From NCBI GenBank assembly GCA_026645775.1, contig JAPKMS010000040.1, positions 20,406-84,405 of the forward strand: 64,000 bases of DNA. Direction: 5' to 3'. Within the stretch, counting starts at the first letter, position 1. Each line of letters starts with the position of its first letter. The position numbers and the translations under genes were made by a program. The DNA is from Anaerolineae bacterium (lineage in GTDB: Bacteria > Chloroflexota > Anaerolineae > CG2-30-64-16). Shown here piece after piece: positions 1 through 9,248 of this stretch. Below the pieces are notes generated by a model, which was not told where the DNA came from, made no database searches, and saw nothing but the letters and a program-made list of their open reading frames with translations.

Positions 1-990
1 ATGCACGTGCTGCCTCGGCCGGTCAAGCTCTACTCCATCGGCCCGATCTTCCGCCACGAGGCGCCCCAGGCCGGCCGCTACCGCCAGTTCCACCAGTTCA
101 ACGTCGAGATGTTGGGCGAGATGGATCCCGCCGTGGACCTGGACGTGATGTCCGTTGCGTGGATGCTGTTGACGCGGTTGGGTTATCGCGGCCTCAACTT
201 CCAGCTTAACTCGACGGGGTGTCGCAAGTGCCGGCCAGGCTATCGGGCCGCGCTGGTGGACTATTTCAAGGCCTACGAGGATCGGCTCGGTGACGTGGAC
301 CGCCGCCGGCTGGCGATCAATCCGCTGCGGCTGTTGGATTCCAAGGAACCCGCGGTGCAGCCGCTGCTTGATGCGGCGCCGCACAGCGCGGATCACCTGT
401 GCGATGAGTGCGCGACGCACCTGGCAGGACTGCGCGGGTATCTGGCTGCATTGGGGATGCCCTACACGATCAACTTCCGGCTGGTGCGCGGGCTGGATTA
501 TTACACCAAGACGGTGTTTGAGGTGTGGGCCGAAGGGATCGGCTCGCAGTCGGCGGTTTGCGGCGGCGGCCGTTACGATGGCTTGGTCGAGGAGCTGGGC
601 GGCCCTCCCACACCGGGCATCGGCTTCGCAATGGGTATCGAGCGGGTGATCGCCAGCCTCAAGCAGCAGGGGATCACGCCTCCGGCGCTGGCCGAGCCGC
701 GTGTCCAGGTCTCACCACTGGGTGAGGCCGCGCGCCTGCCGGCTATCCGCCTGGTGAATGACCTGCGGGCCGCGGAAATCGGCGCGCTGCTGGCGTTCGG
801 CGGCCGCAGCCTGAAATCCCAGCTTAAGAGCGCGGACAAGGCCGGGGTCGCCTACACGGTCATCTTGGGCGACACGGAGCTGGCAAACGGCGTCGCTGTG
901 GTGCGCGATATGGCGAGCAGCCAGCAGGAAACAGTGGCTGCGGATGGCATCGTGGATTGGTTGCGGGCAAGAGTGATTCGTAACACGTGA
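1..990 (+). CDS. hisS: histidine--tRNA ligase (HisRS), 5'-truncated at window edge
   Basis: The 329-aa translation has the class II aaRS core and anticodon-binding region (YSIGPIFRHEAPQAGRYRQFHQFNVE, GLDYYTKTVFE, CGGGRYDGL). The gene runs off the left edge. Confidence 0.9.
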   Translation: MHVLPRPVKLYSIGPIFRHEAPQAGRYRQFHQFNVEMLGEMDPAVDLDVMSVAWMLLTRLGYRGLNFQLNSTGCRKCRPGYRAALVDYFKAYEDRLGDVDRRRLAINPLRLLDSKEPAVQPLLDAAPHSADHLCDECATHLAGLRGYLAALGMPYTINFRLVRGLDYYTKTVFEVWAEGIGSQSAVCGGGRYDGLVEELGGPPTPGIGFAMGIERVIASLKQQGITPPALAEPRVQVSPLGEAARLPAIRLVNDLRAAEIGALLAFGGRSLKSQLKSADKAGVAYTVILGDTELANGVAVVRDMASSQQETVAADGIVDWLRARVIRNT

Positions 991-1056
991 CACGTGGGAA
1001 CCTGGCGTCTGACGTATCCCGCGTCACGCATCACGCCGTTTCCACCGGAGGCGCAT

Positions 1057-4000
1057 ATGGACTTACGCGACTACCCTCGGCCAAAAGGCGACACCGGCAT
1101 CGGTGTTCATTGGAGCGCCGGTTTCCCGACTGCTGCCGGCTTGGCGCAAATCCGGGATGTTTGGGCGCCCGAGTTGCAGGCGCTGGGCGTCAAGTGGGTC
1201 AAGATCGCCCGGCATGACGGGGCGCTCGATCTGGCTGAGCTGCTGCTGAGCCGCGACATCATGCCCATCGTGCGGCTCCAGCGGCCGCAGCCCAATCCCT
1301 CCCGGCTGGACGAGACCCTGTTGCGCGCGGTCAAGGATCATGTGGCTGCCGGCGTGCGGTATTTCGAATTCAGCAGCGACCCCGATCGGGCCGCGGAGTG
1401 GCAGGGCGGCTATGTGCCTGGGGATGCGCTGGAGATCGTGGCGCGCAACGCCATCGCCGACATGGAGGCGATCCTGGCGTGCGGCGGCTTTCCCGGCATC
1501 CCGGCGGTGTCGCCCGCGTCCCGGTGGGATATCGTCGGCGAGATTTGCCGCCTGGGGCGTCGCGACCTGCTGGCGCAGCCCGTGTGGCAGGCGGTCCACA
1601 ACTACAGCTTCAACCGGCCCCTGGATTATCCGGCGGATGCCGGCAACCGAGAGGGCAAGCCGTGCAGCGCGGACTTTTATGGCCGGTTGGCCGGCGAAGC
1701 CTGGGAAGGCGATGCCTGGGGCGGCTGGAGTTTGGAGCGTGTCAACGAGGAGCGGCGTGAGCGAGCAAACCCGGCGCTCACCGCCTTTGAGGACCCGGCC
1801 TGCTGGCGCGCGTACGAGCGTTACGACCAGCTTATCCGGCGCCAGATTGGCCGCTCGCTGCCGATTCTGGCCACTGAAAACGGTCCCCTCGTGGGTCAAC
1901 GGGCCGACACGCGCTACCCGGCCGTGACCCCCCAATTGCACATGGCGCACACGCTGGAGGCCTGCCGTGTGATGATGGGCGCCAGCGTCCGGTTTGATCA
2001 CGCGCCGGACTATTACTTCTGCACCGCATTTTGGCTGCTGGGCAACTACGCGCTGGGCAACTGGACCCCTGAGTGGGAAAGTCAGGCCTGGTACAGCAGC
2101 CGTTGGCCCGGCGGGCAGCTTCCCATTGTCGCGGCGCTGCAGGCCGAGCCCAAGCTGGCCCGCGGGTGGCGCGGCGATGCGGGCGTGGCCGGCCGGGTGA
2201 GCGGCGCCGTGAAGGGCGGAGCCGGGCTGGCGGTGCAATTGCTGCGGGCTGATGGCTGGACCCTTGCCGGTCGCGTGGGTCCCGACGACCGCTATGAGTT
2301 CATCGATGTGCCGCCGGACCGCTATACTGTCCTCGTGGCCGGCGCGGGGCAGAGCGAGACCGTCACCCTGTCGCGCGAACGGCCCGCCGCGGCCGCCAAC
2401 TTCGATGTGGCCGGCGCCGCGCAGGTGTTTGGGGCGGGCGTGATCCGCGGCACAGTGCGCGGCGGCGCGGGGCTGATCGTGCGGCTGCTCCGTCCCAGCG
2501 ATGGCTGGACACAAGAGCAAGCCGCCGCCGAGAATGGCGCCTATGCGTTCAGCGGACTGCGGACTGGCGTCTACACCATCGGGCTGGCTGGCACGGCGAC
2601 GGCCCAGACCGGCGTGACCGTCGATGGCCGGGGCGAGCTCATCATGGATCTGGCCGCGCCTGGCTGGGGCTGGGAGCTGGTCGATGGCGGCCCCGGGCCG
2701 GGTTACGGCGTGGTGCGCTGTCGGGTGCTGGGCCGGGTGGATCAAGCGGTGCAGTTGTGGACCGCCGGCTGGGAGGGCATGCTGGCGCATACTGGCAGCC
2801 AGCCCGAGCTGGGCGCGGCCGACGTCTGCGAGTTTGCCCCCCTGGGGCCCGGCCGCTACAGCGTGCGCCCCCAGAACCTGGATGTGACCGCGGAGGTGCC
2901 GGTGGATGGCAGCCGCGTGATCTGGGTGAACTTCACCGAGCGCCTCGTTCACGCGACGGAACCCGGCGCGGCCGCTGCGGCGCCATCGCTCAAGGCCGAA
3001 CACGCGGTCGTAACCCGCGGCGTCAGCGCCGAACCGAGCGCGGAAACACCTGAGCTGCGCTGGGCGGTGGAAGATGGCGGGCCGGGACCCGGCCACAGCG
3101 TGGTCCGCTGTCGCGTGGCCGGGCAGACGGGTCGTGCGATCAGCCTGTGGGCCTACGGCTGGGGCGGCATCACGCAGTTCACCGGCAGCCAGCCGGACTA
3201 CGGCCCGGATGTGTGCGAGTTCGCACCCCTGGGGCCGGGCGTCTATTTCCTGGAATTGGAGGACGCCGACCCGGTCACGGGCGAGATGCGCACGGTGCGG
3301 GCCGAGGTCAAACTGGAGCCCAACCGGGTGCTTTGGGTTACCTTCGAGCATCCCGGTGACGGGCGCAGCGCGGAAGCCGCGCCGGCCATCGTCGCTGAAC
3401 CTGGGCCTGCGGCCTTTGGCGAGTCAGCGGCCGCGCCTGCGGTGACCGGCGAGAGCGTGATCGCGGGGATGGTGACCAACGGCGAAGGGCTGCTGCTGCT
3501 GTTGACCGGGCCGGCCGGCGAGGATCACGTCCGGGTCTCCGAGGGCCGTTATCGGTTCGACCGCTTGCCCATGGGGACTTATCGCCTGGCCGTGTTGGCG
3601 GGCGACGTTACCTCGGATGAGCTGGCCATCCGCGAGAGCCTGGCCATCGATGGGCGCAGCGCGGTCGTCGTAGATTTCGATCTGCCGGCGCAGCGCTTAT
3701 CTGAAAGCCGCGTGGCCGGCCGGGTGCGCGGCGGCGCCGGGCGCGCCATCGTCCTGGAAGGGCCTTTGACGGACGCCCTGACCGGTGCGGTGCGCACGGC
3801 CCTGGTGGCCCAGGATGAAACCTATAGTTTTGACGATCTGCCGGCGGGCAGCTATCGGGCCACCCTGCGCGACACCGAACCGCCGACCGGAACCGGGCAG
3901 ATTCAGAGCGGTATCGTGGTGGATGGCGCCAACAGTGTGCGCGTCGATTTCGGCCTGGACGCGTTGGGGCCGGGCAAGACGCTGGAGCACTACCTGCTGG

Positions 4001-4251
4001 CGGGCAGCATCGCGCGGTCTAAAGATGATTTTCTGACGGTTTTGCGCTACGTGGCGCGTTTCCGACCGGTGGTCGGCAGCGATGAGGCGGAGGCGCGGCG
4101 GGCCCGGCACGTCACCATCTTGGGCGGCGTCAGCGGTGTCAGCGCACTGGCCGAGCAAGGTCTTCGCTTGAGCGGCTGCCAGGTGCAGCGCATCGAAGGC
4201 GATTTTGCCGAGAACCTGGGCAAGTTGATCGACGAAGGCAGGGCGTACTGA
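1057..4251 (+). CDS. large multidomain protein with an N-terminal TIM-barrel-like (glycoside-hydrolase-like?) region, several CarboxypepD_reg/Ig-like beta-sandwich repeats, two copies of a novel roughly 95-aa module, and a C-terminal CWB2-like domain
   Basis: ORF 994..4251. The likely start is the ATG at 1057 (MDLRDYPRPKGD), which follows a CCGGAGG RBS. Internal repeats include GRVRGGAG(L/R)IV. The duplicated module reads W..DGGPGPG..VVRCRV.G....LW..GW.G....TGSQP.YGPDVCEFAPLGPG. The C-terminal roughly 85 aa are shared with the ORFs at 62204 and 63537. Confidence 0.7.
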   Translation: MDLRDYPRPKGDTGIGVHWSAGFPTAAGLAQIRDVWAPELQALGVKWVKIARHDGALDLAELLLSRDIMPIVRLQRPQPNPSRLDETLLRAVKDHVAAGVRYFEFSSDPDRAAEWQGGYVPGDALEIVARNAIADMEAILACGGFPGIPAVSPASRWDIVGEICRLGRRDLLAQPVWQAVHNYSFNRPLDYPADAGNREGKPCSADFYGRLAGEAWEGDAWGGWSLERVNEERRERANPALTAFEDPACWRAYERYDQLIRRQIGRSLPILATENGPLVGQRADTRYPAVTPQLHMAHTLEACRVMMGASVRFDHAPDYYFCTAFWLLGNYALGNWTPEWESQAWYSSRWPGGQLPIVAALQAEPKLARGWRGDAGVAGRVSGAVKGGAGLAVQLLRADGWTLAGRVGPDDRYEFIDVPPDRYTVLVAGAGQSETVTLSRERPAAAANFDVAGAAQVFGAGVIRGTVRGGAGLIVRLLRPSDGWTQEQAAAENGAYAFSGLRTGVYTIGLAGTATAQTGVTVDGRGELIMDLAAPGWGWELVDGGPGPGYGVVRCRVLGRVDQAVQLWTAGWEGMLAHTGSQPELGAADVCEFAPLGPGRYSVRPQNLDVTAEVPVDGSRVIWVNFTERLVHATEPGAAAAAPSLKAEHAVVTRGVSAEPSAETPELRWAVEDGGPGPGHSVVRCRVAGQTGRAISLWAYGWGGITQFTGSQPDYGPDVCEFAPLGPGVYFLELEDADPVTGEMRTVRAEVKLEPNRVLWVTFEHPGDGRSAEAAPAIVAEPGPAAFGESAAAPAVTGESVIAGMVTNGEGLLLLLTGPAGEDHVRVSEGRYRFDRLPMGTYRLAVLAGDVTSDELAIRESLAIDGRSAVVVDFDLPAQRLSESRVAGRVRGGAGRAIVLEGPLTDALTGAVRTALVAQDETYSFDDLPAGSYRATLRDTEPPTGTGQIQSGIVVDGANSVRVDFGLDALGPGKTLEHYLLAGSIARSKDDFLTVLRYVARFRPVVGSDEAEARRARHVTILGGVSGVSALAEQGLRLSGCQVQRIEGDFAENLGKLIDEGRAY

Positions 4252-4252
4252 G

Positions 4253-5098
4253 TTGAAATCACCGCATTCGATCGGGCTGCTGTATCAGCCCAAGAAACCG
4301 GAATCGGTCACGCTGGCGGATGAGATGGCGCGCTTCCTCAGCGCGCACGGGTGCGCTGTCTGGGCCGGCTCCGCGTGGGATGAGCCCGAGGCGTTAGCCC
4401 ATGTCGCCGGGCTGGATGTGCTGGTGACGTTGGGCGGCGACGGCACCATGTTGCGCGCGGCCCGCGTCGGCAGCCGGCACGGCGTGCCCATCCTCGGCAT
4501 CAAGCTGGGCCGGGTGAGCTTCCTGGGCGAGGTTCCGGCGGACGACTGGCAGGCGCCGATGCTGAAGATGCTGGCAGGCGACTACTGGCTGGAAGAGCGG
4601 ATGATGTTGGAGGTTCGGGTGGCGCGCGGCGGCGAGCCGCCTGTCAACCACTCCTATCAGGCGCTCAACGATGTCGTCATCAGCCGCGGGGGCATGGCGC
4701 GCCTGGTCACCATCGGAGCCTGGGTCGATCAACGTTACCTGACCAGTTACCGCGCCGATGGCGTGATCGTGTCGACGCCGACTGGGTGCACCGGCTATGC
4801 GTTGGCGGCCGGCGGGCCGATCCTGCCGCCTGAGCTGAAGAATATCCTGCTGATCCCGATCTGCCCGCACCTGAGCCTGGATCGCCCGGTGGTGCTGGCC
4901 CAGGGCGCCACCGTCATCTTGGAGGCGCACGCCGATTACGCGCCGATCCTCACGGTGGATGGTCAGTTCGAGATTGCCCTGGCCGAAGGCGACCGTGTAG
5001 AAGTGTTGGCGAGCCAACACGTCAGCAATTTTGTGCACATGCTGGATCGGGCCTATTTCTATCGGACGTTGATGGAACGTTTACGGTGGGCACTCTAG
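4253..5098 (+). CDS. nadK: NAD(+) kinase
   Basis: GGDGTMLRAAR motif and full-length similarity to PpnK/NadK. A TTG start sits 1 nt after the upstream stop. Confidence 0.85.
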   Translation: MKSPHSIGLLYQPKKPESVTLADEMARFLSAHGCAVWAGSAWDEPEALAHVAGLDVLVTLGGDGTMLRAARVGSRHGVPILGIKLGRVSFLGEVPADDWQAPMLKMLAGDYWLEERMMLEVRVARGGEPPVNHSYQALNDVVISRGGMARLVTIGAWVDQRYLTSYRADGVIVSTPTGCTGYALAAGGPILPPELKNILLIPICPHLSLDRPVVLAQGATVILEAHADYAPILTVDGQFEIALAEGDRVEVLASQHVSNFVHMLDRAYFYRTLMERLRWAL

Positions 5099-5661
5099 CC
5101 ATGACAGACGAAACACTCCCCACCCTGCGTTGCGCGAATCACCCCGCTCGCGAGACGATGTTGCGCTGCAACAAATGCGACAAGCCAATCTGTGTGCAGT
5201 GTGCGGTGCGCACCCCGGTCGGCTATCGGTGTAAAGAATGCGTGGCCGGCCAACAAGCCATTTTTTACAACGGCAACCCCTCTGATTCGCTGATCGCCGG
5301 CGCGGTCGCGCTGGTCCTGGGTGCGATCGCCGGCGCGTTGGCGTATGCGTTCCTGGGTTTCTTCGGTTGGTTCAGCTTCATCGCGGCCATCTTTGTCGGC
5401 CCGGTGGTCGGCGGCCTGATCGCGGAGGCGGCCCGCCGCGCAGTGCGCAAGCGGCGCTCCCGGCAGATGAAATGGATCGTCGCCGCGGCGTGCGTGATCG
5501 GCATCCTTGCGGGCGGCCTGTTGGTCACCGTGGGGCCGGCGCTCGGCTGGGGCGGCGCTGTGGCTGATTTTACCTGGATCATCCCGACTGTGTTCCTGCG
5601 CTGGGACGTGCTGCTCTTTGCCGCACTTGCTGCAAGCACGATCTATACAAGGCATCTGTGA
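5086..5661 (+). CDS. membrane protein with N-terminal B-box-like zinc ribbon (CxxC...CxxC...CxxC) and three or more TM helices
   Basis: CANHPARETMLRCNKCDKPICVQCAVRTPVGYRCKEC is followed by hydrophobic helices. No specific family was recognised. Confidence 0.5.
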   Translation: MGTLAMTDETLPTLRCANHPARETMLRCNKCDKPICVQCAVRTPVGYRCKECVAGQQAIFYNGNPSDSLIAGAVALVLGAIAGALAYAFLGFFGWFSFIAAIFVGPVVGGLIAEAARRAVRKRRSRQMKWIVAAACVIGILAGGLLVTVGPALGWGGAVADFTWIIPTVFLRWDVLLFAALAASTIYTRHL

Positions 5662-6908
5662 TGGCCGCGCCGCCCGCCGCTCGCAGTCAGCTCGCTGCTA
5701 CTTTTGCCGCCCTGCGCTATCCCAACTTCCAGCGCTGGTTCATCGGCCAGGCGCTCTCGTTGGCCGGCACCTGGATGCAGTCGGTCGCCCTGGGGTGGCT
5801 GGTCTACCAGATCACCGGCTCGAAGTTGGCGTTGGGCGCCATTACCGCCGCGGGAACCATCCCCACGCTTTTCTTTATGCTGCCCGCGGGTGTGCTTGCG
5901 GATCGGATGTCCAAGCGCCGGCTGCTGATGATTACCCAGGTCGTGATGATGATCAGCGCTCTGCTCCTGGCCGCGCTCACCTGGCTGGGAGTGCTCCAGG
6001 TGTGGCAGATCGCGGCGCTGGCATTGCTTTCGGGCATCGCCCAGTCGTTTGATGCCCCTGCCCGGCTGGCATTGACGCCGATGCTGGTCGATGACCGCCG
6101 TGACCTCCAGAACGCGATTGCGATGGGCTCGACGATCTTCAACCTCGCACGGGTGGTGGGCCCGGCCATCGGCGGGCTGGTGCTGGCGAGCATGGGCGCG
6201 GCGTGGTGCTTCGCGATCAACGGCGCCAGTTTTATCGCGGTGCTGATCGCGCTCTCGGGGATGAACCTGCCTGCCGACGTGGGCCGGCCGCCGAGCCAGC
6301 GGCACATGCTCGCGGAGATCGGCGACGGGCTGCGCTACGTGTGGCAGCAGCCGGTGGTGCGCACCCTGACCGTCCTGATCGGCGTCACTTCGATCTTCGG
6401 GTTCTCCTACTCGGTGCTGCTCCCGGCCTACGCGGTGGATGTGCTGAAGGTCGGTGAGACGGGCTACGGCCTGCTGAACGCGGCGGTGGGCGTCGGCGCA
6501 CTGGTCGGCGCGCTGACCGTCGCGTCGTTGAGCCGCCGGAAGAACAAGGGCGTGCAGCTCACGGTGGGCAACCTGATTTTTCCGCTGGCGGTGCTGGCCT
6601 TCGCTGTCACGCGCTCCTTCCCGCTGACCTTGGTCTGTATGGCGGGCGCAGGCATCGGGTTCGTCATCCAGAACGCCACCAGCAACACGATCATCCAGTT
6701 GATGGCGCCCGATGAGCTGCGCGGCCGCGTGATGAGCGTTTATGCGCTCTTCTTCTTTGGCACCACACCGATCGGCGCCCTGTTTGCGGGCGCCGTGGCC
6801 GAGCGGTGGGATTCCACGGCATCGATCGTGCTCGGCGCGGGCGTGACGCTGGCCTTTGCGTTGGTGATTTTCTTCTTCGTCCCGGCCGTGCGAAGGACGC
6901 AAATCTGA
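5658..6908 (+). CDS. MFS transporter
   Basis: Twelve hydrophobic segments and the MFS signature G(x)LADRMSKRRLL after TM2. Confidence 0.8.
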   Translation: MMAAPPAARSQLAATFAALRYPNFQRWFIGQALSLAGTWMQSVALGWLVYQITGSKLALGAITAAGTIPTLFFMLPAGVLADRMSKRRLLMITQVVMMISALLLAALTWLGVLQVWQIAALALLSGIAQSFDAPARLALTPMLVDDRRDLQNAIAMGSTIFNLARVVGPAIGGLVLASMGAAWCFAINGASFIAVLIALSGMNLPADVGRPPSQRHMLAEIGDGLRYVWQQPVVRTLTVLIGVTSIFGFSYSVLLPAYAVDVLKVGETGYGLLNAAVGVGALVGALTVASLSRRKNKGVQLTVGNLIFPLAVLAFAVTRSFPLTLVCMAGAGIGFVIQNATSNTIIQLMAPDELRGRVMSVYALFFFGTTPIGALFAGAVAERWDSTASIVLGAGVTLAFALVIFFFVPAVRRTQI

Positions 6909-6950
6909 CCCTTGTCTACCCATTTCCTTGTTTCCTGATCGACAAAGCCT

Positions 6951-8819
6951 ATGCTAACTGAACTCCGAATCCGTGACCTTGCCATCATTGACGAGCTCGA
7001 CCTGACCTTCGAGCCGGGCTTCAACGTGCTCACCGGTGAGACCGGCGCGGGCAAGTCGATCATCATCGACGCCGTCAACCTGCTGCTGGGTGACCGGGCC
7101 TCGGCTGATGTGGTGCGCGCCGGCGCGGAACGCACCGAGATCGAAGGCACGTACCAGCTTCGCGCTGCGGCCTCGGCGCGCCTGGCGCCGATCCTGGCCG
7201 AACATGGGTTGGAAGGCGACAGCCCGGACGAGCTCGTTCTGGCCCGCGAGGTGCGCGCCAATGGCCGTTCGATCGCCCGCGTCAACGGCCGGGCGGTCAC
7301 TACCGCCCTGCTGGGCGAGATCGGTGGGCGGCTGGTGGATGTGCACGGCCAGGGCGAACACCTCTCGCTGCTGCATGAACGGGAGCATCTTGGGTTGCTC
7401 GATCGCTATGCCGGGCTCAACGGGCAGGCCGCGGAGTTGGCCGAGCTGGTGCGGCGCGTGCGGGCCGTGCGGCGGGAACTGGAAGGGCTGCGCCAGAACG
7501 AGCGCGAGCGCGCCCGCCGCATCGATCTCCTCACCTACCAGATGGAAGAGATCGGCGCGGCCGCGTTGCAGCCGGGGGAGGAAGAGGCGCTGGAGGTCGA
7601 ACGCAAGCGCCTGGCCAACGCCGAGCAGCTTGCCGCTCTTAGCAGTGAGGCGGTCGCGCTCCTCGCCGGCGGCGATGATCCCGCGGAGGGGGAGCGGCTG
7701 GGCGCGGTGGATGCCCTGGGCGCGGCCGAGCAGGCGCTGACACGCCTCGCGCGCATTGACCCTGGCGCAGGGCCGCTGGCCGAACAACTCGGCGAGGCGG
7801 CCGCGGTGCTGGCCGATCTGACACACGAGCTGACGCGCTACCGCGAGGCTGTCGAGTTCAACCCCCGGCGGCTGGGACAAGTGGAGGAGCGCATCTATCT
7901 GCTCCATGCCCTGCAGCGCAAATACGGGGACACGGTGGCCGAGGTGTTGGCCTACGCCGAGCGCGCTGCGGCCGAGCTCGAGACCATCGGCCACGCGGAG
8001 GAGCGCATCGCCGATCTGGAAGCCGAGGAGGCCGGGCTGCTGAGCCGGATCGGCGCGGCCGGCGCGACGCTCTCGGCCAGGCGGCGGGCGGCCGGCGTGA
8101 CCCTGGCCCGCGCCATCGAGGCTGAGCTGGCCGATTTACAGATGGCCAAGGCGCGTTTCGCCGCCGACATCCACTGGACGGCCGATCCGACGGGCGCGAT
8201 CCTGGATGCGGAGACGGCCGCACAGGCCGGGCAGCCAGCCGGTCGCTATGCCTTCGACGGCCACGGGCTGGACGCGGTGGCTTTCCTCATCTCGGCCAAC
8301 CCCGGCGAGCCGCTGAAACCGATGGCCAAGGTGGCTTCCGGCGGCGAAACCTCACGGCTGATGCTGGCCCTGAAAACCGTCCTTGGCCGCGCCGATGAAA
8401 CCCCGACCCTGATTTTTGACGAGATCGACCAGGGCATCGGCGGCCGCGTGGGCGGCACGGTGGGCAGGAAGCTGTGGGAGCTGAGCAGGGGTCAGGAGTC
8501 AGGGGTCAGGAGACAGGAGTCAGGAGACAGGAGTCAGGAGACAGGGACCCGCTTCCAGCTTCTAGCTTCCAGCCACCAGGTTTTGTGCATCACCCACTTG
8601 CCGCAATTGGCGGCCTACGGCGACGCGCATTTTCGCGTCTCGAAGCATATCGTCGGCGAGCGGACGCTCACCGAGGTCAGCGTCTTGACGGACGAGGCCC
8701 GCGTGGCCGAGCTGGCGCAGATGATGGGCGCGGATTCCGAAGTCGGCCGCAGCAGCGTCGCAGAGATGCTGGGCGAAGTGGCGAGCCTTAAGCAAGCGAA
8801 AGGCGGAGATCTCAAATGA
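6951..8819 (+). CDS. recN: DNA repair protein RecN, carrying an in-frame low-complexity insertion
   Basis: N-terminal SMC-like Walker A (LTGETGAGKSIIIDAV), coiled-coil middle, C-terminal signature and Walker B (ASGGETSRLMLAL...LIFDEIDQGIGG). There are about 28 extra residues (RGQESGVRRQESGDRSQETGTRFQLLAS) before the HQVLCITHLPQ motif. Confidence 0.9.
   Translation: MLTELRIRDLAIIDELDLTFEPGFNVLTGETGAGKSIIIDAVNLLLGDRASADVVRAGAERTEIEGTYQLRAAASARLAPILAEHGLEGDSPDELVLAREVRANGRSIARVNGRAVTTALLGEIGGRLVDVHGQGEHLSLLHEREHLGLLDRYAGLNGQAAELAELVRRVRAVRRELEGLRQNERERARRIDLLTYQMEEIGAAALQPGEEEALEVERKRLANAEQLAALSSEAVALLAGGDDPAEGERLGAVDALGAAEQALTRLARIDPGAGPLAEQLGEAAAVLADLTHELTRYREAVEFNPRRLGQVEERIYLLHALQRKYGDTVAEVLAYAERAAAELETIGHAEERIADLEAEEAGLLSRIGAAGATLSARRRAAGVTLARAIEAELADLQMAKARFAADIHWTADPTGAILDAETAAQAGQPAGRYAFDGHGLDAVAFLISANPGEPLKPMAKVASGGETSRLMLALKTVLGRADETPTLIFDEIDQGIGGRVGGTVGRKLWELSRGQESGVRRQESGDRSQETGTRFQLLASSHQVLCITHLPQLAAYGDAHFRVSKHIVGERTLTEVSVLTDEARVAELAQMMGADSEVGRSSVAEMLGEVASLKQAKGGDLK
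8486..8573 (+). repeat. AGGAG-containing heptad tandem repeat (CAGGAGT/CAGGAGA, about 6 units) plus a CTTCCAGCTTCTAGCTTCCAGC tail, located in-frame inside recN
   Basis: Direct reading: ggtcaggagtcaggggtcaggagacaggagtcaggagacaggagtcaggagacaggga cccgcttccagcttctagcttccagcc. Confidence 0.6.
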
Positions 8820-9229
8820 CGCAAGCTGCGAACAATCCCCAGAAACCGGCTGCTGAAGCGATTCAGGCCTGGCTGATTGCAAATGTGGCGGAAGCCCTCG
8901 GCATCGACCCGCACGAAATCGACATTCACGAGCCACTGGAGTCCTACGGCCTGTCGTCCCGGGATGCCGTGTCGCTGACCGGCGACCTGGAGGATTGGCT
9001 GAGCTGCCGCGTTTCTCCCACGCTCGTGTGGGAGTATCCGACCATCGAGGCCATCGCCCACTACCTCAGCGGGGATGCATCGGGAGAAACAGCGCAGACC
9101 CGCCTGGGGGTTGCGCAGGCCGACGCGGCGCCCCTGCGGCCGGCTACGACGGCAGCCGAGCTGGCAGAGATGTCGGACGAGGAAGCGGAGGCTCTGCTGC
9201 TGCAGAAGCTGACCGACCTGGGGCAGTAG
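8816..9229 (+). CDS. standalone phosphopantetheine-binding carrier protein (PKS/NRPS ACP/PCP type)
   Basis: LGIDPHEIDIHEPLESYGLSSRDAVSLTGDLEDWL...PTLVWEYPTIEAIAHYL matches the PP-binding helix II motif (GLxS) and PKS ACP flanks. The ATG overlaps the recN stop (ATGA). Confidence 0.6.
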   Translation: MTQAANNPQKPAAEAIQAWLIANVAEALGIDPHEIDIHEPLESYGLSSRDAVSLTGDLEDWLSCRVSPTLVWEYPTIEAIAHYLSGDASGETAQTRLGVAQADAAPLRPATTAAELAEMSDEEAEALLLQKLTDLGQ

Positions 9230-9248
9230 TCGCATCGGGAGTGAAGCC

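Noticed and set aside
994-1056. ATG at 994 as the start of the large repeat protein, 3 nt after the hisS stop.
   Set aside because: The downstream ATG at 1057 has a CCGGAGG RBS at correct spacing. The 21-aa extension is unremarkable. Either start remains possible.
1063-3351. Many long antisense ORFs, including 1063..3351(-), 5643..6923(-), 6954..7994(-), 9737..10822(-), 12402..13544(-), 13915..15630(-), 15402..16988(-), 18538..19539(-), 28308..29573(+), 33722..34909(-), 37938..39227(+), 39594..40904(+), 41394..42869(-), 42905..43903(-), 43920..45647(-), 50535..51911(+), 57866..58777(+), 58829..59917(+) and 61252..62166(+).
   Set aside because: They are Arg/Ala/Gly/Pro-rich low-complexity translations lying opposite genes with clear homologues. 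Such stop-poor antisense frames are expected in high-GC DNA.
8486-8573. Tandem repeats as a CRISPR array.
   Set aside because: Units are 7-12 nt with no unique spacers, lie inside recN or at gene ends, and no cas genes are present.
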